A program made the position numbers and the translations under genes. Shown here piece by piece: positions 31,378 to 40,477 of a stretch of 62,719 nt of DNA. The stretch's first letter is position 1; each line of letters begins with the position of its first letter. The notes under the pieces are model-generated. The model made no database searches. It had not been told where the DNA came from and worked only from the letters and a program-made list of their open reading frames with translations. The stretch lies in the IMG/VR virus record IMGVR_UViG_3300007171_000012. One strand, given 5' to 3'. The DNA is from an uncultured virus (IMG/VR IMGVR_UViG_3300007171_000012) (taxonomy: Duplodnaviria > Heunggongvirae > Uroviricota > Caudoviricetes).

Positions 31378-33703
31378 ATTTTTCAGTTCCAGGAAATCCT
31401 CCAAAAGGCAAATAAGAAAAAGAGCTTCTTGGAGAATCTGCTCCAGTATTATTGTTTTGATAATAAATAACTGTATCTAAAACATCCATACTATTTGTAT
31501 ATGATCCGCTCAATGTTAAAGTCTTAGAGGAGTTATTTGATCCAGTAACTTTATATGGAGAGGTATTTGATAAGTCCATATCCCACCAAGCATACAATCC
31601 GCTTTTATGTCTATCAAATAATTCGCTGTATTTTCTAGGTTTTAATCCAATATTAGCGGCATTTGTAAAATCACTTGCATCATCTTTTCTTTCAAAGAAC
31701 GCGCTTCGATCATAAGCCAAACTCCCAGTCCATATTGCAGTCGATCCAAAAACTATATTACTAGTTACTTTTAGATTTGATTCTGGTGTTCCATCGTTTA
31801 AACTTGGAGTAGAAAGAGATTCGGAAAATTGCCAGTCATTAATGCCAAATTTTAAATCACTCATTCCATTATCGAATGAAGAATTTTTAAAAACAAAGAA
31901 TTCTCCCGAAACAATTGATCCTTTGATTTTCCCACTAGGAGGCGCAAGAGAAAAAGTTCTTATTTGGTCTGCGCCAGATAAAGAAATAAATCCGTTTGTA
32001 AATGATGTTGGTTGTGACCCAGTAGAAGTTCCGCCCGAACAAATAATATGAAATGGAGCCATATTTTGAGCAGACCATTTTATTGATAGTTGTTTTGGAG
32101 TTACAGCATATCCTGTTGCTAAAAATGTTCCAGTTAGGCTAGCTGTAGCAAAATTTAAAACTAATTCTTGATTTGACCCAGCCCCAGAAACATATAAATT
32201 GATACCGCTGTATTGGCAATTTGATTTGACATTATGCAATACATTGAATGGCTGTTTTGATTTCGAAATGCCACTTGGAAATTGAATCCAACTAGAGATT
32301 TGCCAATAATCTTTTGAGCAAATATTATCACTTAAAAAGTTATCACTATATAGTCCAAGGCCAGTAGGTTCAAATACACAAATTTCTGATAATCCTGGAT
32401 AATATCCATTGCATCCACTACCACTAATTTTGATCGAAGTTACAGTTCTAGGAGCAAATCCAGAAGTAATTTTAGAACCATCAGTAGGAATGCCTGATAG
32501 AACACCAGACGCGACAAGATTCAATCCACTATAAAATGAAATATAAGCAGCGTTAAAGTTTGTAGAAGTTTCTGATCTATCATACAAATCAATTCTATTG
32601 ATAGTTTTAGCAGAACTCCATTCTAAATTTATCCAAGGATCGGGAGCAGCAATGCTATCGCTAGCCCAATAATAGGAGCCTCCAGTTTTGCAATTGATTG
32701 CATTAGATGGCAAATATTCGTCCGATAAGTAGCTAGATGCAGTTGCCGACGCTAAAGGGGCAATATTATTGTATCCATTAAATCCATTCTTATGAGCGAA
32801 GCTTAAATAGTTATTAGAAATAGATTGGGGAGTTACATTAGCTGTCCATATAAAAGAATTCTGAAATCTTTTTTTACAGCCATCAAGTTTTTTATTGCAC
32901 CCATCTCGCATCCAATATGTTTCATTAGCACCAGGTTGATTCTGATTTGATGAAATATGACCTGTTTGAGATACATACCAAATTTTTACTGGAGAATTAT
33001 CTACAATAATTTTAGGATTTTCGATATAAGTTAAATCTCCACTATTAAATGATTTGCCAGTTTGCCATTTTTGCGTTTGGTGCCATAATCCGCTGTAATT
33101 TATTTTTCTTCCATCTTCGGTTTCGATTGGAGGGCCAGCGTATCGGCATCCATTGCCGCGATAATACCATGAACAATAGCGAGATAAAATTAAGCGATTA
33201 TTAATATCGAAATTGTCTAAATCGAGTGGTGATGTTAATTCTAGCTCAACAAATACTTTATTTTCCGCCGTCTTCTGACTTACAACAAAAGTATCATTGC
33301 TGATTTCGGCTGTTGAATCTGCTTGACCCCAAGGATTACCTCCGTCGAAGTTTACATCGTCTAAATATTTAACAAAAGTTCTTTTGCGTATAATTTTCGC
33401 AAATTGCAAATCATGATTGTTTAATAATAAATCAGTCATGAAATAATCCTTATTAGAGATTCTAATTTTTGGGCGAGCCATTTGGCCATTGGCGTTCACC
33501 TCAAAACCTTCAGATTCGACTGGAACAGGCAAATATTCAATTCCTTGCCATTTTACGCTTTTAGAAAAAATAGATCCGCCATGAAATGCAATATAAACGC
33601 CTTCTTTATCAACAGTATTGAAATATAGCAAAAATAATTCTATAATAGCTGTAGGCTGTAAGTCTAATAAGCTTGCGGCAATCTTGTCTTGTCCTTGTCC
33701 CAT
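31367..33703 (-). CDS. minor tail protein L (lambda gpL-like) with large internal insertion
   Basis: WQG.EY.P.P...EGFE, C.W.YRG.GC.Y, C.K...GC..RF, terminal LPFGGFPG. Confidence 0.85.
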   Translation of the reverse strand: MGQGQDKIAASLLDLQPTAIIELFLLYFNTVDKEGVYIAFHGGSIFSKSVKWQGIEYLPVPVESEGFEVNANGQMARPKIRISNKDYFMTDLLLNNHDLQFAKIIRKRTFVKYLDDVNFDGGNPWGQADSTAEISNDTFVVSQKTAENKVFVELELTSPLDLDNFDINNRLILSRYCSWYYRGNGCRYAGPPIETEDGRKINYSGLWHQTQKWQTGKSFNSGDLTYIENPKIIVDNSPVKIWYVSQTGHISSNQNQPGANETYWMRDGCNKKLDGCKKRFQNSFIWTANVTPQSISNNYLSFAHKNGFNGYNNIAPLASATASSYLSDEYLPSNAINCKTGGSYYWASDSIAAPDPWINLEWSSAKTINRIDLYDRSETSTNFNAAYISFYSGLNLVASGVLSGIPTDGSKITSGFAPRTVTSIKISGSGCNGYYPGLSEICVFEPTGLGLYSDNFLSDNICSKDYWQISSWIQFPSGISKSKQPFNVLHNVKSNCQYSGINLYVSGAGSNQELVLNFATASLTGTFLATGYAVTPKQLSIKWSAQNMAPFHIICSGGTSTGSQPTSFTNGFISLSGADQIRTFSLAPPSGKIKGSIVSGEFFVFKNSSFDNGMSDLKFGINDWQFSESLSTPSLNDGTPESNLKVTSNIVFGSTAIWTGSLAYDRSAFFERKDDASDFTNAANIGLKPRKYSELFDRHKSGLYAWWDMDLSNTSPYKVTGSNNSSKTLTLSGSYTNSMDVLDTVIYYQNNNTGADSPRSSFSYLPFGGFPGTEKYGR

Positions 33704-33731
33704 GTTTTATTTTACACCATATTATAATTAA

Positions 33732-34187
33732 ATGCCTATGCAGTTTCAACGAATAAACCAAGCGACTGATCAAATAAAACAAAAGATCATATCTTATTGC
33801 ATCAAATCTAAACCTTATGATTTTTGTCATTTACCGTCTCGCATAACCTCAATAATTAAAATCAAAGAATATATTGAATTTTTATTCAAGATTTGCGAAG
33901 TGTATTTAGGAACTGTCGCAGGTCAAATAAAGCTATTTGTTGCTGTCAAAAGAGATAATCAAAATGCAGAAATAGAATTCATTTTTGGCGACCATTTTGG
34001 ATTCCTCGAAAACTTTAAAAAGTTTCGTTTTTTCTTTTGCAGTTTACACCCCGAAATACGAACATTTCGCGCTCAAATAACCAGAAAGCATAAATTAAAA
34101 CATTTTATGAACTTTTTGAGCAAAAAAGACCGAAATATGCAAATTATTCTTGACAATCAAGAAATTGTTGTATTATGGAATACATAA
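33732..34187 (+). CDS. hypothetical protein
   Basis: ORF divergent from the tail operon. Confidence 0.55.
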   Translation: MPMQFQRINQATDQIKQKIISYCIKSKPYDFCHLPSRITSIIKIKEYIEFLFKICEVYLGTVAGQIKLFVAVKRDNQNAEIEFIFGDHFGFLENFKKFRFFFCSLHPEIRTFRAQITRKHKLKHFMNFLSKKDRNMQIILDNQEIVVLWNT

Positions 34188-34702
34188 TGGCTTATAGAAA
34201 TAAATATGACACAACAGGATCTTCGTTCGCTTTAGGACAAAATGCAGAGTCTAGCTTCGTTGCTGCTATTCAAAAAGGCGGATCGAAAATTACGGAGTCA
34301 TCTAAGCAAGATCAATTCAAACACATTGACTTCTACATTGAGACTTTCGACAATCTAAAGTTCTCTGTAGAGGTTAAGTCTCGAAAGAAGGTGAAACGTA
34401 AAGATGATAAGGTTAATGATGACTTGATCTGGATCGAATTCAAGAATGTCGCGGGCAAAAGAGGTTGGCTTTATGGAGCCGCAGATCTAATTGCATTTGA
34501 GCGTGAAAATGATTTCGTTATGGTTAATCGAAAATCATTGGCGAGACTTTGCGAAAAGCTTTGTGATTTGACAAAGTTAAATACTGATGTTTCTATGCCT
34601 CTATACACTGGCTATCAACGCAGAGGAAGACTTGACATGTTATCTTTGATTAAGATGTCTGATATTTTAGACAACATCAGATATACATTAATCAAAAAAT
34701 GA
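34187..34702 (+). CDS. PD-(D/E)XK nuclease-like protein
   Basis: HIDF......VEVKSRK...WIEF.N..G..GWL.G.AD. Confidence 0.6.
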   Translation: MAYRNKYDTTGSSFALGQNAESSFVAAIQKGGSKITESSKQDQFKHIDFYIETFDNLKFSVEVKSRKKVKRKDDKVNDDLIWIEFKNVAGKRGWLYGAADLIAFERENDFVMVNRKSLARLCEKLCDLTKLNTDVSMPLYTGYQRRGRLDMLSLIKMSDILDNIRYTLIKK

Positions 34703-35358
34703 ACGAGTTTCTTATCCCACCTTTACAGCAAAGGTGGGTCTTTCATTTAATTTTCATTCGCATTCCTAAAAATGCAAGCACCTCTGTTTATCAGCATTTG
34801 GGGGCTTTCAATTTAGTTAATAAATATAGTTCTTTGTTTCATAAGAACCTGAATAAGCCTTTGTATAAAGGATGGTTTGATCCTACTCATGCCAAACCTG
34901 CTGAGATTGCAAATATTCTTCCTGTTAGATGTTCTGACTATCATTCTTTTGCTATTGTTAGAAATCCTTGGGATCGTTTTGTGTCTATGTATTCCTTTGG
35001 CAATAAAATGCAATTATGGAAACTATTTGGTTTAAAAGAAGAACCTTCATTTGAGCGCTTTTGCGAAATTACAAAAGAAAAATTTGAAAATAAAGCCAGC
35101 GATTTTTTTCCAGTGCAAGATCAAACTGAATGGTTGCGGGGACCATTTGAACCAAAACAAATTTTACGATTTGAAAATCTTCAAATATCTTTTGAACAGA
35201 TGTTGAAAGATTTGGCGGTGCAGCATATTCCTGCTCAATTGCCTCATATCAATTCTAGCAAACACGATTACTATAAACAATATTACAATGACAAATCGCG
35301 AAAACTTGTCGAGCAAATATTTTATCGTGATATTGAAAAATTTAAATATACTTTTTAA
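34699..35358 (+). CDS. sulfotransferase family 2 protein
   Basis: FIRIPKNASTS, FAIVRNPWDRFVSMY, LRFENL, H.N.S...Y..YY. Confidence 0.85.
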   Translation: MNEFLIPPLQQRWVFHLIFIRIPKNASTSVYQHLGAFNLVNKYSSLFHKNLNKPLYKGWFDPTHAKPAEIANILPVRCSDYHSFAIVRNPWDRFVSMYSFGNKMQLWKLFGLKEEPSFERFCEITKEKFENKASDFFPVQDQTEWLRGPFEPKQILRFENLQISFEQMLKDLAVQHIPAQLPHINSSKHDYYKQYYNDKSRKLVEQIFYRDIEKFKYTF

Positions 35359-35366
35359 TATATAAA

Positions 35367-35603
35367 ATGAAAGCAAAAATCATTGGCATCAGCGAAAACT
35401 TTACTCATTTTTCTTTGTCTCAATCAATCGACATTTCGATTAAACATTTAGAGCAGAAAATTCACGAACTTTTTATTGACGAGAAAAAACATATTATCGA
35501 AATCTCTGAAACTTTTTTTGTAAATAATAAAACAATCATCATCAAAGGTTTGATCAGCGATAACGTAAACGTAGGCAAAATTGCAATTGAAATTAATTTT
35601 TAA
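35367..35603 (+). CDS. hypothetical protein
   Basis: ORF in operon. Confidence 0.55.
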   Translation: MKAKIIGISENFTHFSLSQSIDISIKHLEQKIHELFIDEKKHIIEISETFFVNNKTIIIKGLISDNVNVGKIAIEINF

Positions 35604-35719
35604 TTTAGAAGATTTTTTCTCTTGACATTTTTACTGATTCTGAGTATTCTGAATTCGTCACGATCAAAGAGCAACTGCTCACCGATCAATTAAACAAAAA
35701 AAAATAAATAACAAAAAAC

Positions 35720-35914
35720 ATGAAGCAAAAGGCTAGGTATCGGGTTTATGACTCTCGCGGCAATTATCAGCAGTCTTACAGTAATGAACTGTCAGGCGGT
35801 TTTGGTTGGGCCAAAGATTGCGCAAAGCGAACCAATGGTTACGTTGTCGAGCATCTGCTCGAAAATGATAAGGAGATTTCTTCCGAAATCGTATTTGATC
35901 TTCGAAATAAGTGA
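35720..35914 (+). CDS. hypothetical protein
   Basis: ORF downstream of a TTGACA/TATTCT promoter. Confidence 0.6.
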   Translation: MKQKARYRVYDSRGNYQQSYSNELSGGFGWAKDCAKRTNGYVVEHLLENDKEISSEIVFDLRNK

Positions 35915-36195
35915 TGCCATTAGTAAAGATTGACCCGAATGATATTTTTCGGTATGTAGTTGGAAATACTACTATTGATCCTATTGAGGCTCAAATCAAT
36001 AAGCGTTACGAAGTTTTTGATGAGTTTATATACGATCACGAATCCAAAACTAAAATTAACCAGTCGAAAGATTTCGTAAATTTTTCAAAGAAGATTTCTA
36101 ATCTTCGTAAAATGTCTGAATCTTTAGCTCGGCAATTTATTGTTGATCGTTGTGAAGAACTTTCAAAAATGAAGATTGATGTTGATTTGGGTTGA
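35914..36195 (+). CDS. hypothetical protein
   Basis: Translationally coupled ORF. Confidence 0.6.
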   Translation: MPLVKIDPNDIFRYVVGNTTIDPIEAQINKRYEVFDEFIYDHESKTKINQSKDFVNFSKKISNLRKMSESLARQFIVDRCEELSKMKIDVDLG

Positions 36196-36995
36196 TGAAT
36201 AAAAAAGTGGCTTTCATTGCTTTGACAAATTCTTCTTTTAATAAAGAAAATTTGATGGAGCGCTTCTTTTCTAAAGAGCATTCTGATAAATATAATCTTT
36301 ATATTCATAATAAAAATCCTATTCTCAGCGATTTTTTCAAAAAGTTTGAGATACCAAGTGAATACAAAGTCGAAACCCAATGGGGCAAATATTCTTTAGT
36401 GTTGGCTACCGTCAGGCTTTTAATGTTTGCTTTACAAAATCCAGAAAATGAAAAATTTGTTTTAATCAGTGAAAGCCACTGTCCTCTTTACGGAATGCAG
36501 AAAATGCATTCTATTATTTTTGATCGCTATCCTATTTTGTCTTTTAGCAATCAACCCAAGGAAGAATCTTGGTCTTTATCTAGGCTTGATGCTCTTATAA
36601 AAGATAAGGGCAGAAATCCATTCGATAAATCTCACGCCAAATTTGTTTCTCAGTGGTTCGTTTGTGATAGAAAATCGGCAGAAGTTTTTGTAAAAAACGA
36701 AATCAAATTTCGCAAATTTTTTAATCTTGATAAATTATGTTTCCCCGATGAAATTTATTTTCATTTGATGGCTCGGCATTTTAATTTGCCAGTTCAGTAT
36801 AAAAATAATTGCCATTTTAATTGGTATTTAAAATCATCAAAATATTTGGTAAATTCTGGGCATCGAGAAAAGCCAAAAACATATTGCAAAATAACCAATC
36901 GAACAATTGACGTTTTTCGCGAAAAAAGTGATTGCATCTTTTTTAGAAAGATCTATAATGGCACCATCTTGGACGAAGAATATCTATTGCAATGA
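36195..36995 (+). CDS. GT14 (core-2/I-branching beta-1,6-GlcNAc transferase-like) protein
   Basis: KVAF, LYIH, T.WG.YSLV.A...L...AL......FVLISE...PL, SQW, PDE.YF. Confidence 0.8.
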   Translation: MNKKVAFIALTNSSFNKENLMERFFSKEHSDKYNLYIHNKNPILSDFFKKFEIPSEYKVETQWGKYSLVLATVRLLMFALQNPENEKFVLISESHCPLYGMQKMHSIIFDRYPILSFSNQPKEESWSLSRLDALIKDKGRNPFDKSHAKFVSQWFVCDRKSAEVFVKNEIKFRKFFNLDKLCFPDEIYFHLMARHFNLPVQYKNNCHFNWYLKSSKYLVNSGHREKPKTYCKITNRTIDVFREKSDCIFFRKIYNGTILDEEYLLQ

Positions 36996-37642
36996 TTGTC
37001 AAACCAATTTCAAAAAAAATCGCAAACGCAGTTGTATCAAATAAACATTATTCTAGGAGGCTTGGAATCTTTTGGGAAGGATTTGGTCTTTATAAAGATG
37101 ATGTTTTAATTGGAGTTTGTTGTTTTGGTCAGCCCTCTGCGGCAATTCAAAAACACGCTTTTAAAAATAGAGATTTCCGTCTTTACGAGTTGACTCGTCT
37201 TGTTGTTGATTCTGGTCATAAGAACGCAGCTTCTTTTTTGATTTCTCAATCTTTCAAACTTCTTTCTGCAAAGCCCTGCGCAATTGTAAGCTATGCAGAT
37301 TCGGCTCATGGTCATTCTGGCGTTGTCTATCAAGCAACAAATTGGATATATACAGGCGCTACTTTATCGCATGACAAACTTTATGTTGTCGATGGCATTC
37401 CTACCCACCCAATTACTCTTCGTGATAAATTGGGCATAACAAATCCTGCTCAATGGGCAACTCAAAACGGCATTGAACGAATCTCTCCAAAACCAAAGCA
37501 TAGATACTTTTATTTTCTTGGCAATAAAAAAGAGCAAAAGATCATGAAATCTGCGCTTGCATATTCTCAAATTTCTGATTATCCAAAATCAGAGAAAACT
37601 CTCTATGACGCAGGAGATAAAAACTGCGCAGAATACCTATGA
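36992..37642 (+). CDS. Mom-like DNA base modification protein (GNAT fold)
   Basis: HYS, GV..FG.P, ELTRL, NAAS..IS, SYAD...GH.G.VYQATNW.YTG, KHRY. Confidence 0.78.
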   Translation: MIVKPISKKIANAVVSNKHYSRRLGIFWEGFGLYKDDVLIGVCCFGQPSAAIQKHAFKNRDFRLYELTRLVVDSGHKNAASFLISQSFKLLSAKPCAIVSYADSAHGHSGVVYQATNWIYTGATLSHDKLYVVDGIPTHPITLRDKLGITNPAQWATQNGIERISPKPKHRYFYFLGNKKEQKIMKSALAYSQISDYPKSEKTLYDAGDKNCAEYL

Positions 37643-38175
37643 ACATATTAAAAGGAACTAAAACATATTTGATCGGTCCAATGCAATACGGCGATGGTCG
37701 ATTGTGGCGTGAAGATATTGCTGATTTCTTGAAAAATATTGGCGTAACGTATTTTGATCCTTATAAAAAACCATTTATTAATGCTCCAGAAGAAGACGAG
37801 AACATTCATGACCGAATGTTTGAATTGATGAAAAGTGGAGAATACGATGAAGTCGCTCAACATTTTAAGCAAGTTAGATCCTTTGATTTGTCAATGGTTG
37901 ATCGCAGCGATTTTATTATTTGCTATTTAAATCCAAAAATTCCAACTTATGGAACCGTCGAAGAACTTTCTTGGGCTGTTCGCATGAAAAGGCCAGTTTT
38001 TATTGTTGTCGAGGGCGGCAAAGTGAATACGCCTCTTTGGGTATTAGGAATGTTGCCTCATAAATACATTTACGATTCTTTTGAAGAAGTAAAAAAAGTC
38101 TTGACAAATATTGATTCTGGTATTAAATCAATTGACTCCGATAGATGGAGATTATTTAAACAAGAACTGCGATGA
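37639..38175 (+). CDS. nucleoside 2-deoxyribosyltransferase-like protein
   Basis: TYL.GPM....WR, FDP, DL..VDRSD, GT.EEL.WA....PV. Confidence 0.75.
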   Translation: MNILKGTKTYLIGPMQYGDGRLWREDIADFLKNIGVTYFDPYKKPFINAPEEDENIHDRMFELMKSGEYDEVAQHFKQVRSFDLSMVDRSDFIICYLNPKIPTYGTVEELSWAVRMKRPVFIVVEGGKVNTPLWVLGMLPHKYIYDSFEEVKKVLTNIDSGIKSIDSDRWRLFKQELR

Positions 38176-38738
38176 ATATTGTAACTTCAGATCATAAAAC
38201 AACTTTGCTTTTAAATAATGCTTGGCAGCCAATCAATACGGTTACTGCTAGAACCGCATTTACCCATCTTCTGAAGGGCCATGCAACCGCGTTGGATAAA
38301 AATGGAGCATTGTTTCATACTCTAAATTCATGGAATTCATCCGCAGAATTTTACGATGACCAGCCAGTGCTGCGAAGTGCTAAAGCTTGTTGGCCAATTC
38401 CAACAATTATCGTTGTTACGAGCAAGTTTTTTCGCCGTCCTAAAAAGAAGAAATTGAGTCTTTTTGATCTTGCGAAAATTCACGGCTATGTTTGTCAGTA
38501 TTGTCTTACCAAAACTCCTTTGTCTGATTTGACAATTGATCATGTTAAGCCAAAAAGCAAAGGTGGCACAGATGATCACGAAAATCGTGTTCTCGCTTGT
38601 CGCCCTTGCAATACCAAGAAAAGTTCTCACTCTCCTTGGTTTGACGTAAACGGGAAAATTCCTACGGCTCCAGCAATTCCAGCTTTAATGCTGAATGCTC
38701 CAAAGATTCGAAAGGAATGGGAAGGGTTTATACATTAA
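38172..38738 (+). CDS. HNH endonuclease (McrA-like)
   Basis: CQYC...LTIDHV.PKSKGG....N.V.AC..CN.KK. Confidence 0.88.
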   Translation: MNIVTSDHKTTLLLNNAWQPINTVTARTAFTHLLKGHATALDKNGALFHTLNSWNSSAEFYDDQPVLRSAKACWPIPTIIVVTSKFFRRPKKKKLSLFDLAKIHGYVCQYCLTKTPLSDLTIDHVKPKSKGGTDDHENRVLACRPCNTKKSSHSPWFDVNGKIPTAPAIPALMLNAPKIRKEWEGFIH

Positions 38739-38796
38739 TTGAAAAAAAATTGGAAAAAATACATCCAATATTTATAATTTGGTGTAAGAACTTTAA

Positions 38797-38862
38797 ATGA
38801 GATATTTTATTCCATCAACAAAAACCGTGTCACTCGCAAATCGCGAGTGGAATGCGGCATGA
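38797..38862 (+). CDS. putative 21-aa leader peptide MRYFIPSTKTVSLANREWNAA
   Basis: GTGTAA motif 9 nt upstream; stop codon lies in a sequence complementary to the terminator 5' arm. Confidence 0.55.
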   Translation: MRYFIPSTKTVSLANREWNAA

Positions 38863-38892
38863 CGTTGGGGTAAAAAGATCATTGACCTTCCC

Positions 38893-38922
38893 AACCCAGC
38901 CGTCAAAAGCTGGGTTTTTTTT
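38893..38922 (+). terminator. intrinsic terminator of putative attenuator
   Basis: AACCCAGC-cgtcaaaa-GCTGGGTT followed by a T tract. Confidence 0.85.
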
Positions 38923-38951
38923 GTAAAAAAAAAGTTTCTCAAAAAAAGACG

Positions 38952-38979
38952 TTGACAAATTCAGAACGTCTGGTATAGT
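38952..38979 (+). promoter_or_regulatory. sigma70-type promoter for the RNA island
   Basis: TTGACA-N16-TATAGT. Confidence 0.75.
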
Positions 38980-39132
38980 CAAAACATCAACGGCAGCGAG
39001 CGCCTGAAGCCGCTAAAGTCCGAGAGGGAGATTAGGGTGAAACAAACCTACTAAATACAAAAAATCTAAAAGAGGAGTGATCAGTCCCTCTGTGAACGTT
39101 TTTAAGTAAGCGTAACTGATCATTTTTCAAAT

Positions 39133-39209
39133 GCTCTCATCGTCTAGTCGGGCAGGACACATGACTTTCAATCATGAAACGCAGGGTTCGATTCCCGCTG
39201 GGAGTGCCA
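39133..39209 (+). tRNA. tRNA-Glu(TTC)
   Basis: Cloverleaf; CATGA-cttTCaa-TCATG anticodon arm; CCA. Confidence 0.92.
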
Positions 39210-39355
39210 ATTTAGAATATCTAAAAATTCCTCATTGACAATGAGTTGAGTTTGTGATAGGATATTCTATACAGTTTGGAGCTTGCAAGCCCCAACTAAG
39301 TCTGCAAAGACGCAGAGACAGCTATTTATACCTGTCAGCTTGCTAAATTTTCAAT

Positions 39356-39432
39356 CGTGGGTAGGACAAGATGGTTAGTCAGGAGTCTCATAAGCTCTCT
39401 TCTGGGGGATTCAAGCGCCCCACCCGCAACCA
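39356..39432 (+). tRNA. tRNA-Met(CAT), initiator-like
   Basis: C1xA72 mismatch, ctcataa loop, atypical T loop, CCA. Confidence 0.8.
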
Positions 39433-39435
39433 ATT

Positions 39436-39514
39436 TTTGAGTGCTGTTAGATAAGGGATACTTCTTCAACTATTACTTGAAACCAATAAACCCCTTGTCG
39501 CTTGTTGCCTCAAA
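39436..39514 (+). ncRNA. Y RNA-like #1 (short, no tRNA-like module)
   Basis: TTTGAGTGC...TTGCCTCAAA bulged stem, GATACTTC motif; paralog of 51026-51094. Confidence 0.65.
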
Positions 39515-39525
39515 TGATTTTCAAT

Positions 39526-39602
39526 TGGCGGGCATGCAGTAGTGGTGCTGCGCGAGTCTCATAAGCTCGATTGTCTGGGTTCGACTCCCAGCCCTCCTAC
39601 CA
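39526..39602 (+). tRNA. tRNA-CAT (Met or Ile2)
   Basis: CGAG arm with ctcataa loop, GGTTCGACTCC, CCA; mismatched acceptor stem. Confidence 0.8.
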
Positions 39603-39683
39603 ATTTATTGTTAGTGTAAACATAACCATGAAGATCAGGGTTTCGGTCGCCTGATGTAAAAGAAAAGACCGTGCAATTTCAAA

Positions 39684-39753
39684 CGCTCGTTGGAGCCTGT
39701 GCATGTCGCGATCACGGGTAGCCTACAGGTGAAAAACCAAAGGCGAGCGACCA
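39684..39753 (+). ncRNA. orphan CCA-ended hairpin RNA
   Basis: CGCTCGT/GCGAGCG-ACCA acceptor-like stem with CCTGT/ACAGG inner stem; no cloverleaf. Confidence 0.45.
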
Positions 39754-39756
39754 ATT

Positions 39757-39856
39757 TATAAACAAAAAGATCCAGCTTCCGCAGGGCTGGTCGTGGAAGG
39801 CCCGCCTATCTAACAGGGCTGATAGCTTAAATGTCGTTAAAAGCGTTTTGTTTGTA
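39757..39856 (+). ncRNA. structured RNA resembling the 23S rRNA H88 (E-site) region
   Basis: Closing stem TATAAACAAAA/TTTTGTTTGTA; ordered motifs GATCC...GTGGAAGG...GCTTAA...TAAAAG. Confidence 0.45.
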
Positions 39857-39897
39857 GTTTTATTTGATTTTTTATTAAAACGGTGTAATATACTGTT

Positions 39898-40272
39898 GTG
39901 AATACAAAACAAAAAGGAAATATTGGGCTTGGAGTTGCAATTGCATATTTTACTAATCGTTTATTAACAGTTTCTATTCCAATTAACGATTCCCAACCTT
40001 ATGATTTAGTTGTCGAATTTGAAGATAAAAGTCTTCAAAAAATTCAAGTAAAAACAACATCATTTGTTTCTCAATATGGCATACCCTCGGTTGGATTGCG
40101 ATCTACTGGTGGAAATCAAAGTAGAAACTATGCGAAATACTTTGACAAAAATTCTTGCGATTATATTTTCGTTTATGTTTTAAATACAAATAATAGTTAT
40201 TTAATACCTAGTTGCGAATGCAATAAAAATACTATTAACTTGGGAACTAAATTTGAAAAATTTAAAATTTAA
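39898..40272 (+). CDS. free-standing PD-(D/E)XK homing-type endonuclease
   Basis: KG..G...AIA.F.....VS.P..D...YDLVV......KIQVKT; GTGTAA upstream. Confidence 0.8.
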   Translation: MNTKQKGNIGLGVAIAYFTNRLLTVSIPINDSQPYDLVVEFEDKSLQKIQVKTTSFVSQYGIPSVGLRSTGGNQSRNYAKYFDKNSCDYIFVYVLNTNNSYLIPSCECNKNTINLGTKFEKFKI

Positions 40273-40273
40273 A

Positions 40274-40365
40274 GGGTTCTAACAATAAGAATAGCTGGTG
40301 CTGTTAGGAAGCTGTAACCTTCCTCCCATTAGGGCAAGGAGTTCGATTCTGCCTAGAACCCACCA
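40274..40365 (+). tRNA. tRNA-Tyr(GTA), atypical D and T arms
   Basis: GGGTTCT/AGAACCC-ACCA, GGAAG-ctgtaac-CTTCC, variable arm. Confidence 0.75.
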
Positions 40366-40374
40366 ATTTTTTAT

Positions 40375-40466
40375 GGAAGTGTGGCAGAGCGGTCAATTGC
40401 ACTATCTTGGAAAGATAGAGGTCGCCAAATGGTGGCCCGTAGGTTCAAATCCTACCGCTTCCGCCA
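40375..40466 (+). tRNA. tRNA-Ser(GGA)
   Basis: Type II cloverleaf, G73, CCA. Confidence 0.93.
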
Positions 40467-40477
40467 ATTTTTTTAAT

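Noticed and set aside
39016..39031. AGTCCGAGAGGGA as a sarcin-ricin loop mimic
   Set aside because: Differs from AGUACGAGAGGA at the conserved AGUA motif; a generic GAGA tetraloop hairpin explains it
39757..40272. Group I intron carrying the PD-(D/E)XK endonuclease
   Set aside because: No interrupted exon found; neighbouring tRNAs are intact and no P7 core motifs were recognised
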